Positions 1-9,070 are shown, counted from the stretch's first letter. The stretch is 64,000 nucleotides of DNA from Desulfobaccales bacterium (GCA_049696835.1 JBAVUP010000014.1:332-64331); one strand, 5' to 3'. Notes: a model not told the origin generated them from the sequence alone. Numbers and translations are program-made.

Positions 1-156
1 GAATGGTACCGGGAAGGGCGGGTGCCGCTGCACACGCTGCGGGCCTTCATCGACTACGGCTTCGCCGAAGCCAAGACCACCTACGGCATCATCGGGGTGA
101 AGACCTGGATCTTCCACGGCGAGGTGCTGGGCACCGAAGAGGGCATGAGCTTCTAA
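1..156 (+). CDS. rpsC: 30S ribosomal protein S3, C-terminal fragment (gene starts upstream of window)
   Basis: Frame-1 translation [51 protein letters not shown] ends at TAA 154-156. This is the conserved S3 C-terminus, followed by rplP as in S10 operons. The supplied ORF 3..194 is a different, wrong frame. Confidence 0.9.
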   Translation, partial: EWYREGRVPLHTLRAFIDYGFAEAKTTYGIIGVKTWIFHGEVLGTEEGMSF

Positions 157-160
157 ATAC

Positions 161-281
161 CGTTTTTGGTTTTTCGTTTTGGGTTTTTGGTTAAAAGAAA
201 TTAGAGACGGCTTTGGGCTATTAACTAAAAAGCCAGGATTCCACTGGAAAACGAAAAACGAACAACGAAAAACGAAAAACG
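161..281. repeat. Inverted tandem-heptamer arrays: left arm (C/G)GTTTTT x~4 (161-190), ~55-nt A+T-rich centre, right arm GAAAAAC x~5 (246-281)
   Basis: Read directly: cgtttttggtttttcgttttgggtttttgg ... ggaaaacgaaaaacgaacaacgaaaaacgaaaaacg. The right arm is the imperfect reverse complement of the left. Together they fill the rpsC-rplP spacer. Confidence 0.8.
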
Positions 282-341
282 AGGTCAGGTATAATCCCCC
301 TGCCCCCCTTGAGAAGCAGCGGGTAGGAAAAGGATAGAGTA

Positions 342-773
342 ATGCTGAGTCCAAAACGGGTAAAACATCGGAAAGTCATGCGGGGCCGCCGCCGGGGCAA
401 GGCCACCCGGGGCAACTTCGTGGCCTTCGGGGATTATGGCCTCATGGCCGAGGAATGCGGTTGGATCACGGCCCAGCAGATCGAAGCGGCCCGGATCGCC
501 ATCACCCGCCACGTGAAACGGGGCGGCCAGATCTGGATCCGGATCTTTCCGGATAAACCCTTCACCAAGAAACCGGCGGAAACCCGCATGGGCAAAGGGA
601 AGGGCGGTCCGGAAGGCTGGGTGGCGGTGGTGCGCCCGGGTCTCATCCTCTATGAGATGGCCGGGGTGGAGCGGGAAGTGGCCAAAGAAGCCATGCGCCT
701 GGCCTCCCACAAACTGCCCATTCCCACCAAGTTCGTGGAGCGGGAGCAGCCGGCGAGGGAGGTGGGCGTATGA
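342..773 (+). CDS. rplP: 50S ribosomal protein L16
   Basis: 143-aa [28 protein letters not shown]... with the canonical L16 N-terminus and the expected operon position. Confidence 0.97.
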   Translation: MLSPKRVKHRKVMRGRRRGKATRGNFVAFGDYGLMAEECGWITAQQIEAARIAITRHVKRGGQIWIRIFPDKPFTKKPAETRMGKGKGGPEGWVAVVRPGLILYEMAGVEREVAKEAMRLASHKLPIPTKFVEREQPAREVGV

Positions 774-964
774 AGGCCGCGGATTTACGGGACCTGACCC
801 AGGAGGAACTCGAAGCCAAATTGAAAGAGGTCTCGGAAGAGCTTTTCAACCTCAATTTTCAACACAGCCGGCAGCAATTGGACAACACCGCCCGCCTGGG
901 GCTGGCCAGAAAAGACCTGGCCCGGGTCGAAACGGTACTGAGGCAAAGGGCCGGGCAGGAATAG
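770..964 (+). CDS. rpmC: 50S ribosomal protein L29
   Basis: 64 aa, [31 protein letters not shown]... Overlaps the rplP stop by 4 nt. Confidence 0.95.
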   Translation: MKAADLRDLTQEELEAKLKEVSEELFNLNFQHSRQQLDNTARLGLARKDLARVETVLRQRAGQE

Positions 965-984
965 CCCGGGAGGGTTAGGCAGGT

Positions 985-1245
985 ATGGAAAAGCAGCGCG
1001 GTGTGCGCAAGACCAGAGTTGGCATGGTGGTCAGCGACAAGATGGATAAGACCGTGGTGGTGGAAGTGAAACGCCTGGTGGCCCACCCCCTCTATCATAA
1101 GATCATCCGGCGCCGGGTCCGGATCAAGGCCCATGACCCCAACAATTCCTGCCAGGTGGGCGACAAAGTGCTCCTGATCGAGACCCGTCCCCTGAGCCGG
1201 GACAAGAACTGGCGGGTCAAGGAAGTCCTGGAGAAGGCCCAATAA
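985..1245 (+). CDS. rpsQ: 30S ribosomal protein S17
   Basis: 86 aa, ...[32 protein letters not shown]..., at the expected operon position. Confidence 0.95.
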   Translation: MEKQRGVRKTRVGMVVSDKMDKTVVVEVKRLVAHPLYHKIIRRRVRIKAHDPNNSCQVGDKVLLIETRPLSRDKNWRVKEVLEKAQ

Positions 1246-1269
1246 GCGGGCGGGGGTGAGGATAGCATC

Positions 1270-1638
1270 ATGATCCAGGTTCATACACAAATGACGGTGG
1301 CGGATAACTCCGGCGCCAAGAAGGTTTCCTGCATCCGGGTCCTGGGAGGCACCAGGCGACGGTACGCCCGGGTGGGGGACATCATCGTCGTGGCGGTCAA
1401 GGAAGCTCTGCCCCACTCCAAGGTGAAAAAGGGAGACGTGATGCGGGCCGTAGTGGTGCGCACGGTGAAGGAAACCCGGCGCTCCGACGGCTCCTACATC
1501 AAGTTTGACGATAACTCCGCGGTGCTCATCAACCCCCAGGGCGATCCCATCGGCACCCGCATCTTTGGGCCGGTGGCTCGGGAACTCCGGGCCAAGAGAT
1601 TCATGAAGATCATCTCCCTGGCCCCGGAGGTGCTCTAA
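1270..1638 (+). CDS. rplN: 50S ribosomal protein L14
   Basis: 122 aa, [27 protein letters not shown]... Confidence 0.97.
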   Translation: MIQVHTQMTVADNSGAKKVSCIRVLGGTRRRYARVGDIIVVAVKEALPHSKVKKGDVMRAVVVRTVKETRRSDGSYIKFDDNSAVLINPQGDPIGTRIFGPVARELRAKRFMKIISLAPEVL

Positions 1639-1988
1639 TGGCGAAGTATAAGAAAGCCCTGGAGCCCGGCAAGGTTCGGTTGAAGAAGAACGACCTGGTG
1701 GAGGTCACCACCGGCAAGGAGAAGGGCAAAACCGGCAAGATCTTGAAGGTGTTGCGGGAAAAAAACCAGGTGCTGATCGAGAAGGTCAATCTCATCAAGC
1801 GGCATACCCGTCCCAGCCCCACCACCGGCAAGGGGGGGATCGTGGAGAAGGAAGCCCCGCTGGGCGTCGCCAAGATAAAGCTGATCTGCCCCCGATGCGC
1901 CAGCGGCACCCGTATTCGTATGACCCTGACCGGTGAAGGCAAGAAGGTCCGGGTATGTCTGAAGTGCAAGGAAATCATTGATGGCTGA
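1638..1988 (+). CDS. rplX: 50S ribosomal protein L24 (with C-terminal CPRC...CLKC motif)
   Basis: 116 aa with a KOW-like segment [23 protein letters not shown]. Start overlaps the rplN stop. Confidence 0.95.
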   Translation: MAKYKKALEPGKVRLKKNDLVEVTTGKEKGKTGKILKVLREKNQVLIEKVNLIKRHTRPSPTTGKGGIVEKEAPLGVAKIKLICPRCASGTRIRMTLTGEGKKVRVCLKCKEIIDG

Positions 1989-2655
1989 GAAAGAATCTGG
2001 CAAAGGCAAGCCCAAGGCGGCTGTCAAGCCGGCTGACAAAAAAGCCGGCAAGGCCGCGGGGAAGCCGGCGGCAAAAGGCGCCGAGTCCCAGGCGGCTGCA
2101 AAGGCCTTCACGGGGAAGCCGCGCCTCCGGGAATATTATCGGAGCGAGTGTGTGCCCCGCATGATGCAGGAGTTCCGTTATAAAACCGCCATGCAGGTGC
2201 CGCGCCTGGAGAAGGTCGTGGTCAACCTGGGGTTGGGGGAAGCCATCCAGAACATCAAGCTGCTGGAGTCGGCCTCGGCGGAACTGGCGGCCATCACGGG
2301 CCAAAAACCGGTGGTCACCCGGGCCAAAAAGTCCATCGCGGCGTTCAAGCTGCGGGAAGGCATGCCCATCGGCTGCATGGTCACCCTGCGCCGGGACCGC
2401 ATGTACTATTTCTTCGACAAGCTGGTAAACGTGGTCTTGCCCCGGGTGCGGGATTTCCGGGGGGTGAGCGAACGGGCCTTCGACGGCCGCGGCAACTACA
2501 CCCTGGGTATTCGGGAACAGATCATTTTTCCGGAAATCGACTACGACAAGATCGACAAGGTCAAGGGGATGAACATCACCATCGTGACCAACGCCCCCAC
2601 CGATGAAGAAGGGAAATTTTTACTGAAGTTGCTGGGATTACCCTTTAGGAAATAA
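1981..2655 (+). CDS. rplE: 50S ribosomal protein L5 with ~45-aa Lys/Ala/Pro-rich N-terminal extension
   Basis: ATG 1981 is preceded by AAGGA (1967-1971). The canonical L5 core starts near ...[20 protein letters not shown] (about nt 2116). The track start 1978 is TTG. Confidence 0.92.
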   Translation: MAEKESGKGKPKAAVKPADKKAGKAAGKPAAKGAESQAAAKAFTGKPRLREYYRSECVPRMMQEFRYKTAMQVPRLEKVVVNLGLGEAIQNIKLLESASAELAAITGQKPVVTRAKKSIAAFKLREGMPIGCMVTLRRDRMYYFFDKLVNVVLPRVRDFRGVSERAFDGRGNYTLGIREQIIFPEIDYDKIDKVKGMNITIVTNAPTDEEGKFLLKLLGLPFRK

Positions 2656-2693
2656 TTGCAGTAGGGGGGGACCCCACCCCTACGGAGAACCGC

Positions 2694-2879
2694 ATGGCCA
2701 AGAAATCGTTAATCGCCAAGGCAAAGCGCCAACCCAAGTATCCGGTGCAGAAATATAACCGCTGTCCCTTGTGCGGCCGGCCCCGGGCCTTCTTGCGACG
2801 GTTCGGCGTCTGCCGCATCTGTTTCCGGAACATGGCCCTCAAGGGAGAGATCCCTGGGGTGACTAAATCCAGCTGGTAG
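2694..2879 (+). CDS. rpsN: 30S ribosomal protein S14, short zinc-binding type (type Z)
   Basis: 61 aa, [45 protein letters not shown]... with two CxxC pairs. Confidence 0.96.
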   Translation: MAKKSLIAKAKRQPKYPVQKYNRCPLCGRPRAFLRRFGVCRICFRNMALKGEIPGVTKSSW

Positions 2880-2887
2880 GGCAAACT

Positions 2888-3285
2888 ATGAGCATGACTG
2901 ACCCCATCGCCGATATGTTGACCCGGATTCGCAATGCCGGGGGGCGCGGTTCGACAAGGTTGACATCCCGGCCTCCCGCATGAAGATCAACCTGGCGCGC
3001 ATCCTCAAGGAAGAAGGCTTCATTAAAAATTATAAGGTTATTAAAGATAATCGCCAGGGCATCCTGCGCGTCTACCTCAAGTACAACGAGCATCAGGAAC
3101 CGCTCATCCAGGGCTTGAAACGGGTCAGCAAACCCGGACGCCGGGTTTACACCGGCCAAGCCGAGCTTCCCAAGGTCCAGGGAGGCCTGGGGGTGGCGGT
3201 CATTTCCACCTCCCAGGGGGTCGTCACCGACCGCCAGGCCCGGAAGCTCAACGTGGGCGGTGAGGTCTTGTGCGAGATCTGGTAG
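2888..3285 (+). CDS. rpsH: 30S ribosomal protein S8, reading frame interrupted in a G6 run (2939-2944)
   Basis: ATG 2888 gives [19 protein letters not shown]..., then a premature stop. The rest ([27 protein letters not shown]...EIW) continues in the ORF 2980..3285 frame. One extra G restores a 132-aa S8. Confidence 0.9.
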
Positions 3286-3295
3286 GGGAATTGAT

Positions 3296-3835
3296 ATGAG
3301 CCGCATCGGCAAAAAACCCGTACCTTTGCCCAAGGGGGTGAAGGCCAAGTTGGAAGACGGCAAATTGAAGGTCACCGGCCCCCTGGGCAGCCTGGAGCAG
3401 CTCATGCCTCCCCGGGTGACGGTCCATATCGGGGACAAAGAGATCACGGTGGAACCCCAGGATGACAGCCGGCTTACCCGGTCCTATTGGGGCCTGGCCC
3501 GCACCTTGGCGGCCAACATGGTCACCGGGTCCAGCACGGGTTTTACCCGGGTCCTGGAACTGGTGGGCACCGGCTACAAGGTGGAAGCCAAGGGCAGCAA
3601 CCTGGTGTTCAACGTGGGCTACTCCAACCCCGTGGACTTTCCCTTGCCGAAAGGGATCACCGCCAAGGTGGAAAAGGCCAACCGCATCGAACTCACCGGC
3701 GCCAACAAGGAGCTGCTGGGACAGACGGTGGCGGTGATTCGGCGGCTGCGGCGCCCCGACCCATATAAGGGCAAGGGCATCAAGTTTGCCGGCGAAGTGC
3801 TGCGGCGCAAAGTGGGCAAGGCCGGCGGCCGTTAA
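3296..3835 (+). CDS. rplF: 50S ribosomal protein L6
   Basis: MSRIGKKPVPLPKGVKAKLEDGKLKVTGPLG... The internal ATG 3296 of ORF 3260..3835 matches the canonical L6 start. Confidence 0.95.
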   Translation: MSRIGKKPVPLPKGVKAKLEDGKLKVTGPLGSLEQLMPPRVTVHIGDKEITVEPQDDSRLTRSYWGLARTLAANMVTGSSTGFTRVLELVGTGYKVEAKGSNLVFNVGYSNPVDFPLPKGITAKVEKANRIELTGANKELLGQTVAVIRRLRRPDPYKGKGIKFAGEVLRRKVGKAGGR

Positions 3836-3850
3836 AGGAAAATCAGGCTC

Positions 3851-3874
3851 ACGCAAAGACGCAAAGACGCGAAG
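3851..3874. repeat. Direct octamer array ACGCAAAG ACGCAAAG ACGCGAAG (single arm only)
   Basis: Read directly in the rplF-rplR spacer. The same unit forms the right arms at 5171-5194 and 7881-7918. Confidence 0.75.
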
Positions 3875-3883
3875 GAAGCAAAC

Positions 3884-4240
3884 ATGAACCCCAAATTGGC
3901 GGCGCGGCTGAAGCGGAAACAACGGATCAGAAAGAAAGTCGGGAGCGGCGAGCGGTTGCGGCTGTCGGTCTTTCGCAGCAGCAAGCATATCTACGCGCAG
4001 ATCATCGACGATGGCAAAGGCCAGACCCTGGCGGCAGCCTCCACCTTGAGCGGCGAGCTGAAAGACCAGCTCAGCGGCGTCAAGAAAGTCGAGGCGGCCA
4101 AGGCCGTGGGCAAGCTCCTGGCGGCCAAGGCCAAGGCCCAGGGGATTGACAAAGTAGTCTTCGACCGTAACGGGTTTCTCTACCATGGCCGGGTCAAGGC
4201 CGTGGCGGATAGTTGCCGGGAACACGGGCTGGTTTTTTAG
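3884..4240 (+). CDS. rplR: 50S ribosomal protein L18
   Basis: 118 aa, ...[29 protein letters not shown]...[26 protein letters not shown]. Confidence 0.96.
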   Translation: MNPKLAARLKRKQRIRKKVGSGERLRLSVFRSSKHIYAQIIDDGKGQTLAAASTLSGELKDQLSGVKKVEAAKAVGKLLAAKAKAQGIDKVVFDRNGFLYHGRVKAVADSCREHGLVF

Positions 4241-4276
4241 CTATCAGCTATCAGCTGTCAGCTTTTAGCTTTTAGC
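4239..4276. repeat. Left arm of heptamer cassette: AGCTATC x2, AGCTGTC, AGCTTTT x2, AGC
   Basis: Read directly. The array starts within the rplR stop codon TAG (4238-4240). Confidence 0.85.
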
Positions 4277-4290
4277 GAAGTTGAAGGGGT

Positions 4291-4536
4291 ATGAATATGA
4301 CCCAAACTGACCTCGCATTAGAATGGGAGAAGCTCTGCGAAGAACATGATGCTGCTATGGATGCTTATTTTAAAAAATCGGCCACTGTAACTCCTAAAAT
4401 GGCGTCTATAGCAAAAGGAACCTCGCGTGATAATCCAACTTATGACGAAGAATCTGAGTTTGATAATGCGATGGAAGCATTGATAGATGTGCAGCGTAGG
4501 ATGGCTGAGTTCATGAAGAAGCATTGTCGAAACTAA
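4291..4536 (+). CDS. Hypothetical 81-aa acidic protein, A+T-rich cargo ORF of the heptamer cassette
   Basis: ORF MNMTQTDLALEWEKLCEEHDAAMDAYFKK... is preceded by GAAGGGG. It is 102/246 = 41% G+C by hand count, against about 60% in the flanking ribosomal genes. No family recognised. Confidence 0.55.
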   Translation: MNMTQTDLALEWEKLCEEHDAAMDAYFKKSATVTPKMASIAKGTSRDNPTYDEESEFDNAMEALIDVQRRMAEFMKKHCRN

Positions 4537-4582
4537 CGAAAATAATTGTTGCTCAGTAAATTAATAAGGCAAAGAGAACCAT

Positions 4583-4616
4583 AGCTGATAGCTGACAGCT
4601 GACAGCTGACAGCTGC
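4583..4616. repeat. Right arm of heptamer cassette: AGCTGAT, AGCTGAC x3, AGCTGC
   Basis: Read directly. The units are reverse complements of the left-arm units (AGCTGTC/AGCTATC). Followed by TTTT and the rpsE RBS GGAGG (4622-4626). Confidence 0.85.
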
Positions 4617-4631
4617 TTTTCGGAGGTAAGT

Positions 4632-5126
4632 TTGTTCGAGCCAGAGGCAGCGGAATTAACCGATAAGGTGGTGAGCATCAGTCGCGTCGCCAAGGTCGTC
4701 AAGGGCGGACGCCGTTTTCGCTTCAGCGCCATTGTCGTGGTGGGTGACGGCGCCGGGCGCGTCGGCGCCGGTCTGGGCAAGGCCCACGAGGTCCCGGAGG
4801 CCATCCGGAAGGCCGTGGAGCAGGCCAAGAAGTCCATGATCACGGTCCCCATCCTCAACAGCACCATTCCCTATCAGGTGGTGGGGGAGTTCGGGTCCGG
4901 CAAGGTCTTGCTGAAGCCGGCTTCGGAAGGGACCGGGGTGATTGCCGGCGGGCCGGTACGGGCCGTGGTGGAAGTAGCGGGCATCAAGAACGTGCTCACT
5001 AAATGTCTGGGCTCGCATAACCCGCACAACGCGGTGAAGGCTACCATGATCGCCTTAAAGATGCTGATGTCCCCGGAAGAGGTGGCGGCCCGGCGCAACC
5101 GGCCGCTGGCGGAGATGCTGGGATAA
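4632..5126 (+). CDS. rpsE: 30S ribosomal protein S5
   Basis: TTG start, 164 aa, ...[39 protein letters not shown]... Confidence 0.95.
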   Translation: MFEPEAAELTDKVVSISRVAKVVKGGRRFRFSAIVVVGDGAGRVGAGLGKAHEVPEAIRKAVEQAKKSMITVPILNSTIPYQVVGEFGSGKVLLKPASEGTGVIAGGPVRAVVEVAGIKNVLTKCLGSHNPHNAVKATMIALKMLMSPEEVAARRNRPLAEMLG

Positions 5127-5136
5127 AACTTTACAT

Positions 5137-5194
5137 CTTGGCGTCTTGGCGCCTTGGCGTGAGATATATCACGCAAAGACGCAAAGGCGCAAAG
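5137..5194. repeat. Octamer hairpin: CTTGGCGY x3, palindromic loop GAGATATATC, RCGCAAAG x3
   Basis: Read directly: cttggcgtcttggcgccttggcgt gagatatatc acgcaaagacgcaaaggcgcaaag. Each unit pair carries a G opposite A at the same position. Confidence 0.85.
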
Positions 5195-5208
5195 ATAGAG
5201 GATTGGCT

Positions 5209-5397
5209 ATGTTTCTGGAAATAACCTTAAAGAAGAGTCCCATCGGCCGGCCGCCGCAGCACCGGCAGACCCTGAAGACCCTGGGTCTGACCCGTTTGCA
5301 GAAAACGGTGCGACATCGGGAAACTCCCGCCATTGCCGGGATGGTGCGTCAGGTGGCGCACCTGGTCCAGGTGCGGCAGGTCCCCGAAGGAGAGTAG
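5209..5397 (+). CDS. rpmD: 50S ribosomal protein L30
   Basis: [34 protein letters not shown]... (62 aa). The upstream part of ORF 5146..5397 runs through the repeat and is not credible. Confidence 0.93.
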   Translation: MFLEITLKKSPIGRPPQHRQTLKTLGLTRLQKTVRHRETPAIAGMVRQVAHLVQVRQVPEGE

Positions 5398-5400
5398 CAG

Positions 5401-5840
5401 ATGCGCCTTTCAGAACTTTCGCCCAGCCCGGGGTCCAAACATAAGAAAAAGCGGGTGGGACGCGGCCCCGGCTCCGGTTGGGGCAAGACCGCGGCCCGCG
5501 GCGCCAAAGGCCAGAACTCCCGGGCCGGCGGCGGCACCAAGCCGGGGTTCGAGGGCGGCCAGATGCCTCTGACCCGGAGAATCCCCAAGCGGGGCTTCAC
5601 CAACATCTTCCGGCGGCCCTGGGCCATCGTCAATCTGCGGGACCTCAGCCGGTTTTCGGCGGACGCGGTGGTGGATGAAGCTGCCTTAAGGTCCGCCGGC
5701 CTGGTGAAAACCAGGTGCTGCGGATCAAAGTACTGGGCCAGGGGGAAGTGACCGTGCCCCTGGTGGTCAAAGTGCAGGCGGTGAGTTCCCAGGCCCGGAG
5801 CCGCATTGAAGCGGCCGGCGGTCGGGTGGAGGTCGTCTAA
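5401..5840 (+). CDS. rplO: 50S ribosomal protein L15, reading frame interrupted near 5707-5712 (AAAACC)
   Basis: The N-terminal part [30 protein letters not shown]...AGLVK is in the ORF 5401 frame. The C-terminal part [42 protein letters not shown] is in another frame ending at TAA 5838-5840. One extra base restores a 146-aa L15. Confidence 0.9.
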
Positions 5841-7142
<1,302 letters not shown>

Positions 7143-7161
7143 CCTTAAGAAGGAGGGAGCT

Positions 7162-7842
7162 ATGAATCTGATCCTGTTGGGCGGCCCAGGCGCGGGCAAA
7201 GGCACGCAAGCCAAGAAACTCATCGACAAGTTCCAGATTCCGCAGATTTCCACCGGCGACATCCTCCGGGCGGCGGTGAAAGAAGGGACGGAAATGGGCA
7301 AGAAGGCCAAGGAATTCATGGACGCCGGGAAACTGGTGCCCGACGAAGTGGTCATCGGCATCATCAAAGACCGCCTGGCCCAGCCTGATTGCAAGAAAGG
7401 TTTTATCCTGGACGGCTTCCCCCGGACGGTGCCTCAGGCCGAGGCCCTGGATAAGGTTCTGCAGGGATTGGGCACGAAGATCGACCACGTGGTCAGCATC
7501 GACGTGGATGAAGAAGCGCTGGTGACCCGTCTCACCGGGCGCCGCACCTGCAAAAGCGCCGCCTGCGGCCAGATGTTCCACATCAAGTTCACCCCTCCCA
7601 AGAAGGCAGGAGTGTGCGACAAGTGCGGCAGTGAGCTCTACCAACGGGACGACGACAATGAAGCTACGGTGCGTAACCGCCTGGCCACCTACAACCAGGC
7701 CACGGCGCCCCTCATCGGCTACTACACCGCCAAAGGCCTGGTGCGGCCCATCAAAGGCGTGGGGAGCATCGACGACATCTTTAAACAGATCGTGAACATC
7801 GTGATGGGAGCCGCCGTCTGCAGCTGCGGGTGCAAACACTAA
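7162..7842 (+). CDS. adk: Adenylate kinase (zinc-lid type)
   Basis: MNLILLGGPGAGKGTQAKKL... with the lid motifs CKSAACGQ...CDKCGSELYQRDDD. Confidence 0.96.
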   Translation: MNLILLGGPGAGKGTQAKKLIDKFQIPQISTGDILRAAVKEGTEMGKKAKEFMDAGKLVPDEVVIGIIKDRLAQPDCKKGFILDGFPRTVPQAEALDKVLQGLGTKIDHVVSIDVDEEALVTRLTGRRTCKSAACGQMFHIKFTPPKKAGVCDKCGSELYQRDDDNEATVRNRLATYNQATAPLIGYYTAKGLVRPIKGVGSIDDIFKQIVNIVMGAAVCSCGCKH

Positions 7843-7847
7843 AGCCC

Positions 7848-7918
7848 CCTGGCGTGCTTGGCGTCCTGGCAGTTAAGCTCACGCCGAGACGCCGAGACGC
7901 AAAAGCGCAAAGGCGCAA
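7848..7918. repeat. Octamer inverted arrays: CCTGGCGT GCTTGGCGT CCTGGCAG / centre TTAAGCTC / ACGCCGAG x2, ACGCAAAA, GCGCAAAG, GCGCAAA
   Basis: Read directly. Same unit family as 5137-5194. The right arm ends on the base before the map ATG (7919). Confidence 0.8.
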
Positions 7919-8665
7919 ATGATTTTGTTAAAATCCCTCCAGGAGATCGGCAAGATGGAGGTGGCCAACCGCATCGTGGCCGAAATCCTGGAGGAAATTA
8001 AGGAACGGATCCAACCGGGGATCGAGACCCGGGAATTGGATGAAATGGCGGAAGCGGCCTGCCGCCGCCGCCAGGTGCAGCCGGCCTTTAAGGGTTATCG
8101 CGGCTACCCCCGTTCCATCTGCGTGTCGGTGAACGATGAGGTAGTCCACGGGATTCCCGGGACCCGGCACCTGGCGGCGGGGGACCTGGTGAGTCTGGAT
8201 TTTGGGGTTAAATACGACGGTTACTATGGGGATGCCGCCATCACCGTGGCCGTGGGGGAAGTAAGCCCCAAGGCCCGGGCGCTGATGACGGCAACGGAAA
8301 AGTCCCTGTACGCCGGCATCGAGCAAGTGAAGGTGGGCAACCGCCTGACGGACATTTCCCACGCGGTGCAGACCGTGGTGGAAGGCGCCGGCTTCGGGGT
8401 CATCCGGGATTTCGTGGGGCACGGCATCGGCCGCTCGCTCCATGAAGACCCGCAGATACCCAATTTTGGCCCCGCCGGCCGGGGACCGGCCCTGCAAGTG
8501 GGCATGACCCTGGCCATTGAGCCCATGACCTCCATGGGTTCCTGGGAGGTGCGGATTTTACCAGACGGCTGGACCGCGGTCACCAAGGACGGGGCGTACG
8601 CCGCCCACTTTGAACACAGCGTGGCGTTGACGGAGAACGGCGTCTTGATTTTGAGCCGGCTCTAA
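7919..8665 (+). CDS. map: Methionine aminopeptidase type I
   Basis: 248 aa, MILLKSLQEIGKMEVANRIVAEILEEI...HGIGRSLHEDPQIPNFG...FEHSVALTENG. Confidence 0.96.
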   Translation: MILLKSLQEIGKMEVANRIVAEILEEIKERIQPGIETRELDEMAEAACRRRQVQPAFKGYRGYPRSICVSVNDEVVHGIPGTRHLAAGDLVSLDFGVKYDGYYGDAAITVAVGEVSPKARALMTATEKSLYAGIEQVKVGNRLTDISHAVQTVVEGAGFGVIRDFVGHGIGRSLHEDPQIPNFGPAGRGPALQVGMTLAIEPMTSMGSWEVRILPDGWTAVTKDGAYAAHFEHSVALTENGVLILSRL

Positions 8666-8700
8666 ATTATCATAATTTGATATGATGCAAAAATTAACAG

Positions 8701-8738
8701 GAATCCCTCCTACCACCCCGTTTACCAAGGGGAGAGAG
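8701..8738. repeat. Degenerate copy of the CCCCC/GGGGG-rich palindromic unit seen at 24202-24288 and 28774-28866
   Basis: gaatccctcctaccaccccgtttaccaaggggagagag resembles aatccccctaaatcccccttggtcaaaggggga. Confidence 0.45.
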
Positions 8739-8801
8739 TACCATGTTCACTTTAAAATGCATGAGCTTGATCAATAATTTTTGGCAATGTCGCTCTATTT
8801 T

Positions 8802-8836
8802 AACGAAAAACGCAAAACCCAAAACGGTAAAGACAC
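8802..8836. repeat. Direct heptamer array AACGAAA AACGCAA AACCCAA AACGGTA AAGACAC (single arm) immediately upstream of infA
   Basis: Read directly. The 7-nt AAC periodicity resembles the A/C-rich arms at 246-281, 24714-24769 and 60914-60941. Confidence 0.6.
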
Positions 8837-8841
8837 GGTAG

Positions 8842-9060
8842 ATGCCTAAAGAAGATGCCATCGAAGTCGAAGGGACGGTCATCGAGCCACTGCCCAATGC
8901 CATGTTCCGGGTGGAGTTACCCAACGGGCATAAGGTTCTGGCGCATATTTCCGGGAAGATGCGGATGCACTATATCAAAATTCTCCCGGGAGACAAAGTC
9001 ATCCTGGAGTTGTCGCCCTATGACCTGAGTCGGGGGCGCATCGTCTACCGGGTCAGATAG
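8842..9060 (+). CDS. infA: Translation initiation factor IF-1
   Basis: 72 aa, [53 protein letters not shown]... Confidence 0.97.
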   Translation: MPKEDAIEVEGTVIEPLPNAMFRVELPNGHKVLAHISGKMRMHYIKILPGDKVILELSPYDLSRGRIVYRVR

Positions 9061-9070
9061 GACAACACCT

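Noticed and set aside
3-194. Supplied ORF 3..194 as a gene at the window start.
   Set aside because: Its translation is Arg/His-rich nonsense that runs through the repeat. Frame 1 of the same DNA gives a perfect S3 C-terminus ending at 156.
4239-4616. Integron gene cassette with an attC-like imperfect palindrome.
   Set aside because: There is no integron integrase or attI in the window. The arms are tandem-repeat arrays on both sides of the ORF rather than a single attC with R/L boxes. The analogy is kept only as a remote possibility under the findings.
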